Below are positions 25,216 through 37,504 of a stretch of DNA of 64,000 bases, one piece after another. This DNA is from Eledone cirrhosa. Its lineage: Eukaryota. The translations under genes and the position numbers were made by a program. Under the pieces are notes generated by a model. The model was not told the DNA's origin. It did no database searches and worked only from the letters and a program-made list of their open reading frames with translations. The stretch covers positions 33,542,001 to 33,606,000 of the forward strand of contig OZ024755.1 of the NCBI GenBank assembly GCA_964016885.1. Reading direction: 5' to 3'. Each line of letters starts with the position of its first letter. Within the stretch, counting starts at the first letter, position 1.

Positions 25216-27370
25216 TGAGTGAAGAAAGGATGCCACCCTATCATTAGTGAAGTAAGGATGCCACCCTATCATTAGTGAAGAAAGGATGCCACCCTATCGT
25301 TAGTGAAGAAAGGATGCCACCCTATCATTAGTGAAGAAAGGATGCCACCCTATCGTTAGTGAAGAAAGGATACCACCCTATCATTAGTGAAGTAAGGATA
25401 CCACCCTATCGTTAGTGAAGAAAGGATGCCACCCTATCGTGAGTGAAGAAAGGATGCCACCCTATCGTGAGTGAAGAAAGGATACCACCCTATCGTGAGT
25501 GAAGAAAGGATGCCACCCTATCGTTAGTGAAGAAAGGATACCACCCTATCGTTAGTGAAGAAAGGATACCACCCTATCGTTAGTGAAGAAAGGACACCAC
25601 CCTATCATGAGTGAAGAAAGGATACCACCCTATCATTAGTGAAGAAAGGATACCACCCTATCATGAGTGAAGAAAGGATACCACCCTATCGTTAGTGAAG
25701 AAAGGATGCCACCCTATCGTGAGTGAAGAAAGGATACCACCCTATCGTTAGTGAAGAAAGGATACCACCCTATCGTTAGTGAAGAAAGGATACCACCCTA
25801 TCGTTAGTGAAGAAAGGATACCACCCTATCATGAGTGAAGAAAGGATACCACCCTATCATTAGTGAAGAAAGGATACCACCCTATCATGAGTGAAGAAAG
25901 GATACCACCCTATCGTTAGTGAAGAAAGGATACCACCCTATCGTTAGTGAAGAAAGGATACCACCCTATCGTTAGTGAAGAAAGGATACCACCCTATCGT
26001 TAGTGAAGAAAGGATACCACCCTATCGTGAGTAAAGAAAGGATACCACCCTATCATTAGTGAAGAAAGGATACCACCCTATCGTTAGTGAAGAAAGGACA
26101 CCACCCTATCATGAGTGAAGAAAGGATACCACCCTATCGTGAGTAAAGAAAGGATACCACCCTATCATTAGTGAAGAAAGGATACCACCCTATCATGAGT
26201 GAAGAAAGGATACCACCCTATCGTGAGTGAAGAAAGGATGCCACCCTATCATTAGTGAAGTAAGGATACCACCCTATCATTAGTGAAGAAAGGATGCCAC
26301 CCTATCGTTAGTGAAGAAAGGATACCACCCTATCATGAGTGAAGAAAGGATACCACCCTATCATTAGTGAAGAAAGGATACCACCCTATCATTAGTGAAG
26401 AAAGGATACCACCCTATCGTGAGTGAAGAAAGGATACCACCCTATCATTAGTGAAGAAAGGATACCACCCTATCATTAGTGAAGAAAGGATACCACCCTA
26501 TCGTTAGTGAAGAAAGGATACCACCCTATCATTAGTGAAGTAAGGATACCACCCTATCATGAGTGAAGAAAGGATACCACCCTATCATTAGTGAAGTAAG
26601 GATACCACCCTATCATGAGTGAAGAAAGGATACCACCCTATCATTAGTGAAGAAAGGATACCACCCTATCATTAGTGAAGAAAGGATACCACCCTATCAT
26701 TAGTGAAGAAAGGATACCACCCTATCGTGAGTGAAGAAAGGATACCACCCTATCATTAGTGAAGAAAGGACACCACCCTATCATGAGTGAAGAAAGGATA
26801 CCACCCTATCATTAGTGAAGAAAGGACACCACCCTATCATTAGTGAAGAAAGGATACCACCCTATCGTTAGTGAAGTAAGGATACCACCCTATCATTAGT
26901 GAAGAAAGGATACCACCCTATCGTGAGTAAAGAAAGGATACCACCCTATCATTAGTGAAGAAAGGATACCACCCTATCGTGAGTAAAGAAAGGATACCAC
27001 CCTATCATTAGTGAAGAAAGGATACCACCCTATCATTAGTGAAGAAAGGATACCACCCTATCGTGAGTGAAGAAAGGATACCACCCTATCGTGAGTAAAG
27101 AAAGGATACCACCCTATCATTAGTGAAGAAAGGATACCACCCTATCATTAGTGAAGAAAGGATACCACCCTATCATTAGTGAAGAAAGGATACCACCCTA
27201 TCATTAGTGAAGAAAGGATACCACCCTATCATTAGTGAAGAAAGGATGCCACCCTATCGTTAGTGAAGAAAGGATACCACCCTATCATTAGTGAAGAAAG
27301 GATACCACCCTATCGTGAGTGAAGAAAGGATACCACCCTATCGTGAGTAAAGAAAGGATACCACCCTATC
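25216..27370. repeat. 28-bp minisatellite, ~77 copies
   Basis: Unit AGTGAAGAAAGGATACCACCCTATC(A/G)T(T/G); period 28 (e.g. 25501 to 25529). Confidence 0.97.
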
Positions 27371-27660
27371 CTTGGAGCATCAACATATGTCAACCTTGGT
27401 CTCCTTCTTGTAGTGTGTCCATGTAGGGGCTTCCACAGGAGCACTGAGTGCAGTGTCACCTCTGAATGTCAGTGAGCATGTCCAGCTAACCTCAGTCTCC
27501 TCTGTGTTACTTTGAAGCTGACTTTTGGGAGGCTCCCATACAGCTCTGAGTTCTTCATCCTCAATGTATATTGATTAATGTTCAGAGCCATCCTCAGCAT
27601 TCTCCTGTAGCCGCCATCCACCATCTGAGTGAATCTCTTGTTCAGTGTCCAAGTCTCAAT
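27369..27660 (-). mobile_element. RTE LINE family C fragment
   Basis: ETWTLNKRFTQMVDGGYRRMLRMALNINQY; homologous to 13180-13470. Confidence 0.85.
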
Positions 27661-30254
27661 GGTATAAATTATGATAATGATACCACTGGTCAAGACACCT
27701 TTTGCTGACTTAGATTTTGTTGTTGTTTTTAGCTAACTTTGAGGTGCTGATTTCAAATATGGCATCACTGTAAGAATACTATAATTTATTTATGATGGAT
27801 TACAAAGTCTTATAGTTTGAAACCATAAGTTATAATGTCAATAGAATCTGACATGATAAATGAAATATAAGATCTAGCTGAAATATAAGATATTAATTAT
27901 AATTAACGGTCTATTAATTAAAACAATACAATGATTAAATAAATATATGTCTGACTAGTTGCCAATGACTGTGGAATTTCCATGGAGCCCAGCTAGAATA
28001 AATCATTCCAAGTATGAGAGACAACTCTGGATATCTTTTTATTAACATATCCATATTTTCTTTTCTGCTTTAAATTGTTTAAGATGGTTGATACTACTAA
28101 TTTGCAATGGCATCTTTAAACTGTAACATTAAAATAAAATCTGCTTTTTATTCTTGTAGTTAAATAAAGGCTTGCAGGAGAATTAATAAATATTATTGCA
28201 AAATCCTGCTAAAGTCAACTTTGCCTTTCATTCTACTAGAGTCAATAAAATAAAGATCTGGGGCTAAACTAATTAACTTTCGCCTGCCTCCAAATTTGCT
28301 GGCCTTGTGCCTAAATTAAAATCAACATTCCGGTCACCTAAAGCCAATACATTAATTTCCTCATTTATCTTGAAACCTATTCTCAGAATCCCACCACCTC
28401 ATTCATGGTGTTTGTTATGCAATTAAGTATATTTAGATGAGTTGAAGCCACCCATATTTACTTGAGTCATGCAATATGAGTAATAATTTAGTGTATTAAG
28501 TAAACCAGTTAAAAATCACTAGCCACCAGTCTTGTATGTCCCCCCAACCCGCCCATACACTTCTGAAACATCTGATACCATGAATAAAATCTCGAAAATA
28601 AAGTCTATATATTCCCACTTGCGGATTCATCAGCCAAAAGTGGCAACTGGAACTGGTGTAATGAGAATTAGGGAATATAAAAACTCATGAGATTGTTAAA
28701 ACGAAGAGAAAAGAATTTTGGAATGTTGCCAAATCATCAAAACTCAAGGGCACGAAGAATCTATTTAAGAAAATCTTGTTTCCAAAGAGAATACAAACAT
28801 TTCTAGAGAATTTCTTTAAACTCCAAATTGATTGTCAATATAAATAAAATTCATTGTTGAAAAGAAAGACATGCTTGAATTGTGCATGAAATAAGAAGAA
28901 TTTTTGATAGCAAAGAATGGAGTTGTCGATGAATTGTTGAAGCAAATAACTTCCTACAAACAGTAATATATTCCATTTTCATCTTTCCATATATATATTT
29001 CCATTATCGTGTGCATATTTGTGTATATTTGTGTATATGTGTGGGCATATCTTTCCATATATGCAATTACATTATTGCATAGATGTGAGTGTGTGTATGC
29101 ATATATGTGTATATGTGTGTATTTATGTGATTATATCTTTCTCTACATACAACCACAATATTGTGTGTGCATGTGTTTATGCGTGTGTATGTGAGTGTGC
29201 ATATGCTTATAGTTTATATATGTATAAGTTTCAGTAAAATATACAAACAAAAGAAATAGATTTAAGAACAGTAAATGCAAGTAATGTATGAAACAGCTTT
29301 GATAACAGGACAAGCTAAGTGTTAATACAACCTTGATAGAAAAGTCATTTCAATTGCAAAGCAATGTTGTAAGCTACATAATATATGAACTAGACCCGGG
29401 GAAGAAGCAGGTAAATGCATTGAGTTGCCTCTTAACTAGCACTTTGATAGTATGAGACAATCAATGATATGAGTTAAACGGTAGGAGCGGTGCTCCAATG
29501 AATAAGGTAACCAACAGTAAGAGTCAATGAAGACAGAAAGATACAGCCCCTAACTACTAGAAAATATCTAATACAATATTCTACTTCTGTACACAAAAAA
29601 GGACACACTGTATCACCATAAATGGAAATCTTTTAAGTAGAGGTACAAAGCTAATCTCACACAGGTTTGTCTACTAAATTTCCCTCAAAAGGCTCTTGAT
29701 GACCTGAGGTTATGTTAGAAGACACCGTAACAATATAATCCACAGAGAAATATACCTCCATTGGCAGGAGTGGTGGAACTGGGGGGGGGGGGGAGGATTA
29801 TCCCCCACTCCCCAAACTACCAACACACACATCTATTTGTATATGTGCAACAAATTGATGTACCTGTTATGTTTATCACATATCAAAGTTTCTTTATATC
29901 TTGATCAATATCTGATAACAGCTAAACTAATCACGACAACTAAACTGACCAAATTTGGCAACCCCCCCCCCCCCCCCCCCCCCCCCCCTGATTGGTGTCA
30001 CTAATGACTGTTTCAGTTGTTCAGTCACTGGAACATTTAATAAAACATTTAATAAAAGATATAGTTGCAAAGATTACTTCAACAACAAAACCATGCTTTT
30101 ATAAAATATTGTTAATTTGTGATTTTATTTCTGGAATATATCATGTAAATACAGTTTAATAGAAATAGAAAAAAAACCCAGAAAATTTAGATTGAGAAGA
30201 AGGGAATGTAAAATAGGAAAATATTGAGAAAAATGAGAAAAACAAAAAAAATGG

Positions 30255-30558
30255 AAAGGGGGACGGAATGGCAAGGACTTTAGTGTCACAGAAGAATGTG
30301 GAGGGGGGATGGATGGGCTCTGGGTATGGGGAGGGGAGAATGGATGGCCCAGGGCCTGGGAGGGGAAGATTAATGGGCTCTAGGCCTGGAGAGGGGGAAG
30401 AGAAGGATGAATGGGCTGAGGACCTAAGGAGGGGAGAGGAGGATGGATGGGCCCAGGGCTTGGGGAGGGGGGAGGGAGAAGAGAAGGATGAATGGGCTGA
30501 GGGCTTGGGGAGGGGGGAGGGAGAAGAGAAGGATGAATGGGCTGAGGACCTAAGGAGG
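30255..30558. repeat. G-rich degenerate tandem repeat
   Basis: Repeated GGGGAGGGGGAGGGAGAAGAGAAGGATGAATGGGCTGAGG modules. Confidence 0.75.
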
Positions 30559-30891
30559 TCTGACTCTCTAAATCTCGAGAACCACCCAACCGATCTTTTT
30601 CAAACTTTACACATGCAATACTTATGGTTGTGTGAGTCTTTCGAGCAAATAATATTTCTAATTTTCAACGCATTAGGCAATTTAGCGATCTCTCTCTCTC
30701 TCTCTTTCTTAGTCTGTCTTTTTAGATAGATACATAGCTATAACGGCGCGCCCTTATAATATCTATTTGTATGTATGTCTGGCTGTCTGCATTATGACAT
30801 TATGACACTATCTGTGTGTGTGTGTATATATGTATATATAGTGTGTGTGTGTGTATATATGTATATATAGTGTGTGTGTATATATGTATAT

Positions 30892-30940
<49 letters not shown>

Positions 30941-32055
30941 TGTAACGTTTTTCGAAATATTTACTTGTGTTCACAGATTGATTTTATTTTAGTTTCAGAA
31001 GATCCCGTTAAGGGTGAAAGCAGTGATTCTTTGCTTAAACTTTAATCTGTTATTTTAATATATATATATATATATATATAATTATATATTCGTGTACAGA
31101 TATTTTTGCATACACAATAACAAAATATAAACAAACGTATTTATTTCACGAGGCTCAATAAGGATAAATATATATCAAATATATAAGAACCCTAGAGCAA
31201 ATGTTGTTCTCATTACTGAAGAGGCAGAAGGGGATATACACGGTTGACTGAAGAAGGACGAGACTGTGTTAGTAGTAAGACCAACGGCTGCTATCACACC
31301 AACAGCAGCAAAAACAACAACAAAAGAGAGAGAACACAATTACATGCTTTTGAAAAATCTTAATAGAAAATTATTTGCCTATTCACCCAAGGCGACTTCA
31401 TTTTTTATTAGAACTTCTGCATCAATTGGTGAACATACGACGAAACTGTTTCAGAAAAGAGAGATAAACATGCCAATCTATGTTTAGAATCCTGAGCAAC
31501 GCCGGGCCATTCTGCTAGTCTATATATCTAAAACAGAGAATGTCTGTCTGTCTGTCCCCCTAAAACTCGAGAACCACCCAACCGATTTTTTTCAAACTTT
31601 ACACATGTAATAGTTATGGCCGTGTGAGTGTTTTGAGCAAAGAATATTTCAAATTTTCAATGCCCTAGGGACCGCATTAGGCGAAAAACCGCATATTTTA
31701 GGCTTTAAAGGTTTTTTTGAGGCATAATGAAACAATAATCCAGGCGATTTCATTAAAATATTATATTATGCCAACTCATAATATTATCTATATAACTAAA
31801 ACAGAGAATGTCTGTATGTCTGTCCGGTCACTGAAACTCAAGAACCACCCAACCGATTGTTTTTAAACTTTACACATGTAATACCTATTGTCGTGTGAGT
31901 GTTTTGACCAAAAATATTTCAAGTTTTCAATGCCCTAGGGATCGCATTAGGCGATTTAGCGATCTCTCTTTCTTAGTCTGTCTTTTTAGATAGATACATA
32001 GATGTAACGTTGCGCTCTTATAATACCTGTCTGTATGTCTGGCTGTCTGCATTAG
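30558..32055 (+). mobile_element. Cluster of Helitron segments (same family as 4811-6411)
   Basis: 3' end CCTGAGCAACGCCGGG..CTAG (31518) is immediately followed by a new 5' end TCTATATATCTAAAACAGAG (31519); a third 5' end lies near 31787. Confidence 0.7.
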
Positions 32056-32803
32056 ATAAATATAAACATGCAAACACAGACACTTATAAAAATACACACT
32101 TACAAAAATACATACTCAGACATACATGCACACAAACACACACACATACATTCACACAGGCAGCAGGCGTAAAGAGGAGGAGTAGTAGGAGGTAGTCAAA
32201 CTACTCCTCTCTCTTTACGTGTTGTGACAGAATGGCAGAAATTTATATATAGATATCATAGTAGGGTCTGATTTAAGAGAGATCTGACTACTATTTCCAG
32301 CAAATTGGGAGACTATATAGAAGCTGCTCCATTGATTCTTGGCAGTGAAATTAGGATGGGATGGGGGGGGGGTGATTTAGATGAAATATCTTGATAACAA
32401 TGGATGTAATGGTGATAACTATGATGATGGTAGTGGTGAAAGGAATATTGAAGATGAAGATGATGATGGTGGTGGCATTGATAATATTGATGATGATGGT
32501 GGTGGCATTGATAATATTGATGATGATGATGGTGGGGAGGAGAGGTGCGGGTGGAGATGGTTATATTGAAGATGATGATGATGATGATGATGATGGTAAT
32601 AAAAATGATGATAACGATGATGATTATTATCATAACAGTCACGATTATTGATCATGATAGAGAATGGTGGTGTTGCTGTTGTTGTTGATGTTATTTTACC
32701 TTCAGGTGAAGTCCACAATCAAAGGTATTCCACACACGACCATCTCTTCTTTTCTGACATATTTCATCTCCATTATTCAATGTAACCTTCCTTTCATCTT
32801 TTT

Positions 32804-35800
32804 AAATGTTGGCAGTGTGGGTGATTTGGCTACCATTTCTTGCAGGTCAAATGTTGGCAGTGTGGGTGATTTGGCTACCATTTCTTGCAGGTCAAATGTT
32901 GGCAGTGTGGGTGATTTGGCTACCATTTCTTGCAGGTCAAATGTTGGCAGTGTGGGTGATTTGGCTACCATTTCTTGCAGGTCAAATGTTGGCAGTGTGG
33001 GTGATTTGGCTACCTTTTCTTGCAGGTCAAATGTTGGCAGTGTGGGTGATTTGGCTACCATTTCTTGCAGGTCAAATGTTGGCAGTGTGGGTGATTTGGC
33101 TACCATTTCTTGCAGGTCAAATGTTGGCAGTGTGGGTGATTTGGCTACCATTTCTTGCAGGTCAAATGTTGGCAGTGTGGGTGATTTGGCTACCATTTCT
33201 TGCAGGTCAAATGTTGGCAGTGTAGGTGATTTGGCTACCATTTCTTGCAGGTCAAATGTTGGCAGTGTGGGTGATTTGGCTACCATTTCTTGTAGGTCAA
33301 ATGTTGGCAGTGTGGGTGATTTGGCTACCATTTCTTGCAAGTCAAATGTTGGCAGTGTGGGTGATTTGGCTACCATTTCTTGCAGGTCAAATGTTGGCAG
33401 TGTGGGTGATTTGGCTACCATTTCTTGCAAGTCAAATGTTGGCAGTGTGGGTGATTTGGCTACCATTTCTTGCAGGTCAAATGTTGGCAGTTTGGGTGAT
33501 TTGGCTACCATTTCTTGCAGGTCAAATGTTGGCAGTGTGGGTGATTTGGCTACCATTTCTTGCAGGTCAAATGTTGGCAGTGTGGGTGATTTGGCTACCA
33601 TTTCTTGCAGGTCAAATGTTGGCAGTGTGGGTGATTTGGCTACCATTTCTTGCAGGTCAAATGTTGGCAGTGTGGGTGATTTGGCTACCATTTCTTGCAG
33701 GTCAAATGTTGGCAGTGTGGGTGATTTGGCTACCATTTCTTGCAAGTCAAATGTTGGCAGTGTGGGTGATTTGGCTACCATTTCTTGCAGGTCAAATGTT
33801 GGCAGTGTGGGTGATTTGGCTACCATTTCTTGCAAGTCAAATGTTGGCAGTGTGGGTGATTTGGCTACCATTTCTTGCAGGTCAAATGTTGGCAGTTTGG
33901 GTGATTTGGCTACCATTTCTTGCAGGTCAAATGTTGGCAGTGTGGGTGATTTGGCTACCATTTCTTGCAGGTCAAATGTTGGCAGTGTGGGTGATTTGGC
34001 TACCATTTCTTGCAGGTCAAATGTTGGCAGTGTGGGTGATTTGGCTACCATTTCTTGCAAGTCAAATGTTGGCAGTGTGGGTGATTTGGCTACCATTTCT
34101 TGCAGGTCAAATGTTGGCAGTGTGGGTGATTTGGCTACCATTTCTTGCAAGTCAAATGTTGGCAGTGTGGGTGATTTGGCTACCATTTCTTGCAGGTCAA
34201 ATGTTGGCAGTGTGGGTGATTTGGCTACCATTTCTTGCAAGTCAAATGTTGGCAGTGTGGGTGATTTGGCTACCATTTCTTGCAGGTCAAATGTTGGCAG
34301 TGTGGGTGATTTGGTTACCATTTCTTGCAAGTCAAATGTTGGCAGTGTGGGTGATTTGGCTACCATTTCTTGCAGGTCAAATGTTGGCAGTGTGGGTGAT
34401 TTGGCTACCATTTCTTGCAGGTCAAATGTTGGCAGTGTAGGTGATTTGGCTATCATTTCTTGCAGGTCAAATGTTGGCAGTGTGGGTGATTTGGCTATCA
34501 TTTCTTGCAGGTCAAATGTTGGCAGTGTGGGTGATTTGGCTACCATTTCTTGCAGGTCAAATGTTGGCAGTGTGGGTGATTTGGCTATCATTTCTTGCAG
34601 GTCAAATGTTGGCAGTGTGGGTGATTTGGCTACCATTTCTTGCAGGTCAAATGTTGGCAGTGTGGGTGATTTGGCTACCATTTCTTGCAAGTCAAATGTT
34701 GGCAGTGTGGGTGATTTGGCTACCATTTCTTGCAGGTCAAATGTTGGCAGTTTGGGTGATTTGGCTACCATTTCTTGCAGGTCAAATGTTGGCAGTGTGG
34801 GTGATTTGGCTACCATTTCTTGCAGGTCAAATGTTGGCAGTGTGGGTGATTTGGCTACCATTTCTTGCAGGTCAAATGTTGGCAGTGTGGGTGATTTGGC
34901 TACCATTTCTTGCAGGTCAAATGTTGGCAGTGTGGGTGATTTGGCTACCATTTCTTGCAGGTCAAATGTTGGCAGTGTGGGTGATTTGGCTACCATTTCT
35001 TGCAAGTCAAATGTTGGCAGTGTGGGTGATTTGGCTACCATTTCTTGCAGGTCAAATGTTGGCAGTGTGGGTGATTTGGCTACCATTTCTTGCAAGTCAA
35101 ATGTTGGCAGTGTGGGTGATTTGGCTACCATTTCTTGCAGGTCAAATGTTGGCAGTTTGGGTGATTTGGCTACCATTTCTTGCAGGTCAAATGTTGGCAG
35201 TGTGGGTGATTTGGCTACCATTTCTTGCAGGTCAAATGTTGGCAGTGTGGGTGATTTGGCTACCATTTCTTGCAGGTCAAATGTTGGCAGTGTGGGTGAT
35301 TTGGCTACCATTTCTTGCAAGTCAAATGTTGGCAGTGTGGGTGATTTGGCTACCATTTCTTGCAGGTCAAATGTTGGCAGTGTGGGTGATTTGGCTACCA
35401 TTTCTTGCAGGTCAAATGTTGGCAGTGTGGGTGATTTGGCTACCATTTCTTGCAGGTCAAATGTTGGCAGTGTGGGTGATTTGGCTACCATTTCTTGCAA
35501 GTCAAATGTTGGCAGTGTGGGTGATTTGGCTACCATTTCTTGCAGGTCAAATGTTGGCAGTGTGGGTGATTTGGTTACCATTTCTTGCAAGTCAAATGTT
35601 GGCAGTGTGGGTGATTTGGCTACCATTTCTTGCAGGTCAAATGTTGGCAGTGTGGGTGATTTGGCTACCATTTCTTGCAGGTCAAATGTTGGCAGTGTAG
35701 GTGATTTGGCTATCATTTCTTGCAGGTCAAATGTTGGCAGTGTGGGTGATTTGGCTATCATTTCTTGCAGGTCAAATGTTGGCAGTGTGGGTGATTTGGC

Positions 35801-36087
35801 TACCATTTCTTGCAGGTCAAATGTTGGCAGTGTGGGTGATTTGGCTATCATTTCTTGCAGGTCAAATGTTGGCAGTGTGGGTGATTTGGCTACCATTTCT
35901 TGCAGGTCAAATGTTGGCAGTGTAGGTGATTTGGCTATCATTTCTTGCAGGTCAAATGTTGGCAGTGTGGGTGATTTGGCTACCATTTCTTGCAGGTCAA
36001 ATGTTGGCAGTGTGGGTGATTTGGCTACCATTTCTTGCAAGTCAAATGTTGGCAGTGTGGGTGATTTGGCTACCATTTCTTGCAGGT
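32804..36087. repeat. 45-bp minisatellite, ~73 copies, with higher-order repeat
   Basis: Unit AAATGTTGGCAGTGTGGGTGATTTGGCTACCATTTCTTGCAGGTC; variant units recur at 1260-bp spacing. Confidence 0.97.
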
Positions 36088-36164
36088 TAGTGGCTCTTTC
36101 CTTAACTCATGAGGATGGCATTGATGAATGTGGTTGAAGTAGTAATGTGATGTAGCAATAAAAT

Positions 36165-37360
36165 ATTGGTGATGATGTTGGTGACAACGATGATGATAGT
36201 GGTAATGGTTTTGCTGATGATGGTGATGGCGGTGGTGGTGGCAGTGTTGGTAATGGTGATGGTGATGGTGGTAATGTTGGTGATGATGATGGTGGTGGTG
36301 GTGGCAGCAGTGGCAGTGGTGGTGTTGGTGGTGGCAGTGGCAGTGGTGGTGGTAGCGGTGGTAGTTGTGGTGGCATTGGCAGTGGTGGTGGCAGTGGTGG
36401 TGGTGGCGGTGGTGGTGGCAGTAGCGGTAGTGGTGGTGGTGGTGGCAGTGGCAGTGGTGGTGGTGGTAGTGACAGTGGCAGTGGTGGTGATGGTGGTAGT
36501 GGCAGTGGTGGTGGTGGTGGTAGTGACAGTGGCAGTGGTGGTGGTGGTGGTAGTGACAGTGGCAGTGGTGGTGGTGGTAGTGCCAGTGGCAGTGGTGGTG
36601 GTGGTAGTGACAGTGGCAGTGGTGGTGGTGGTGCTGGTGGTGGTAGTGACAGTGGCAGTGGTGGTGGTAGTGGTTGTGGCAGTGGTAGTGGTGGTAGTGA
36701 CAGTGGCAGTGGTGGTGGTGGTGGTGGTGGTGACAGTGGCAGTGGTGGTGGTGGTGGTAGTGGTAGTGACAGTGGCAGTGGTGGTGGTGGTAGTGACAGT
36801 GGCAGTGGTGGTGGTGGTGGCAGTGGCAGTGGTGGTAGTGACAGTGGCAGTGGTGGCAGTGGTGGTAGTGGTGGTGGTAGTGGTGGACGTGGCAGTGGTG
36901 GTGGTGGTAGTGGTGGCAGTGGTGGTTGTGGTGGTAGTGACAGTGGCAGTGGCGGTGGTGGTGGTGACAGTGGCAGTGGTGGTGGTGGCAGTGACAGTGG
37001 CAGTGGTGGTAGTGGCAGTGGTGGTGGTGGCAGTGACAGTGGCAGTGGTGGTAGTGGCAGTGGTGGTGGTGGCAGTGGCAGTAGTGGTGGTGGTGGTGGC
37101 AGTGGTGGTGGTGGTGGTAGTGGCAGTGGTGGTGGTGGTAGTGACAGTGGCAGTGGTGGTGGTGGTAGTGGCAGTGGTGGTGGTGGTGGTGGCAGTGGTG
37201 GTGGTGGCAGTGACAGTGGCAGTGGTGGTAGTGGCAGTGGTGGTGGTGGTGGTGGTAGTGACAGTGGCAGTGGTGGTGGTGGTAGTGGCAGTGGTGGTGG
37301 TGGTGGTGGTAGTGACAGTGGCAGTGGTGGTGGTGGTAGTGGCAGTGGTGGTGGTGGTGT
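36165..37360. repeat. (GTG)n-based compound trinucleotide repeat
   Basis: GTG/GCA/GTA/ACA triplets; poly-V and poly-T pseudo-ORFs. Confidence 0.95.
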
Positions 37361-37363
37361 CAG

Positions 37364-37474
37364 GTTTCTTTTGACCATTGCTACATTGCAAAGAAACATT
37401 TGGATGAAGCAATCAATAAACGTGATTCAAAAGCAAAGGAATTATCTTCAGTGGAACAGATGGCTTTAGGAAGA
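37364..37474 (+). other. Exon-like unique island between two simple-repeat tracts
   Basis: CAG|GTTTCTTTTGAC...; translates VSFDHCYIAKKHLDEAINKRDSKAKELSSVEQMALGR; possible donor GTGGGG at 37475; no polypyrimidine tract. Confidence 0.3.
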
Positions 37475-37504
37475 GTGGGGACTATGATGGATGGAGAGGA
37501 CGTA

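Noticed and set aside
25216-27370. CRISPR-like array (28-bp repeats)
   Set aside because: Units are contiguous with no unique spacers, there are no cas genes, and the context is eukaryotic.
28600-28970. Possible decayed transposase or exon
   Set aside because: Coding-like composition, but stops in all frames examined and no motif I can identify.
29962-29988. Long poly-C/poly-G runs as functional G4 elements
   Set aside because: Isolated homopolymers of uncertain length with no supporting context.
31212-31280. Hammerhead at CTGAAGA motifs
   Set aside because: GAAA is replaced by GAGA and stem II is not formed.
32664-36137. 1157-aa and 1099-aa ORFs as bona fide genes
   Set aside because: A stop-free 45-bp unit is open in several frames on both strands, so ORF length is not evidence of coding. 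Kept only as a splice hypothesis.
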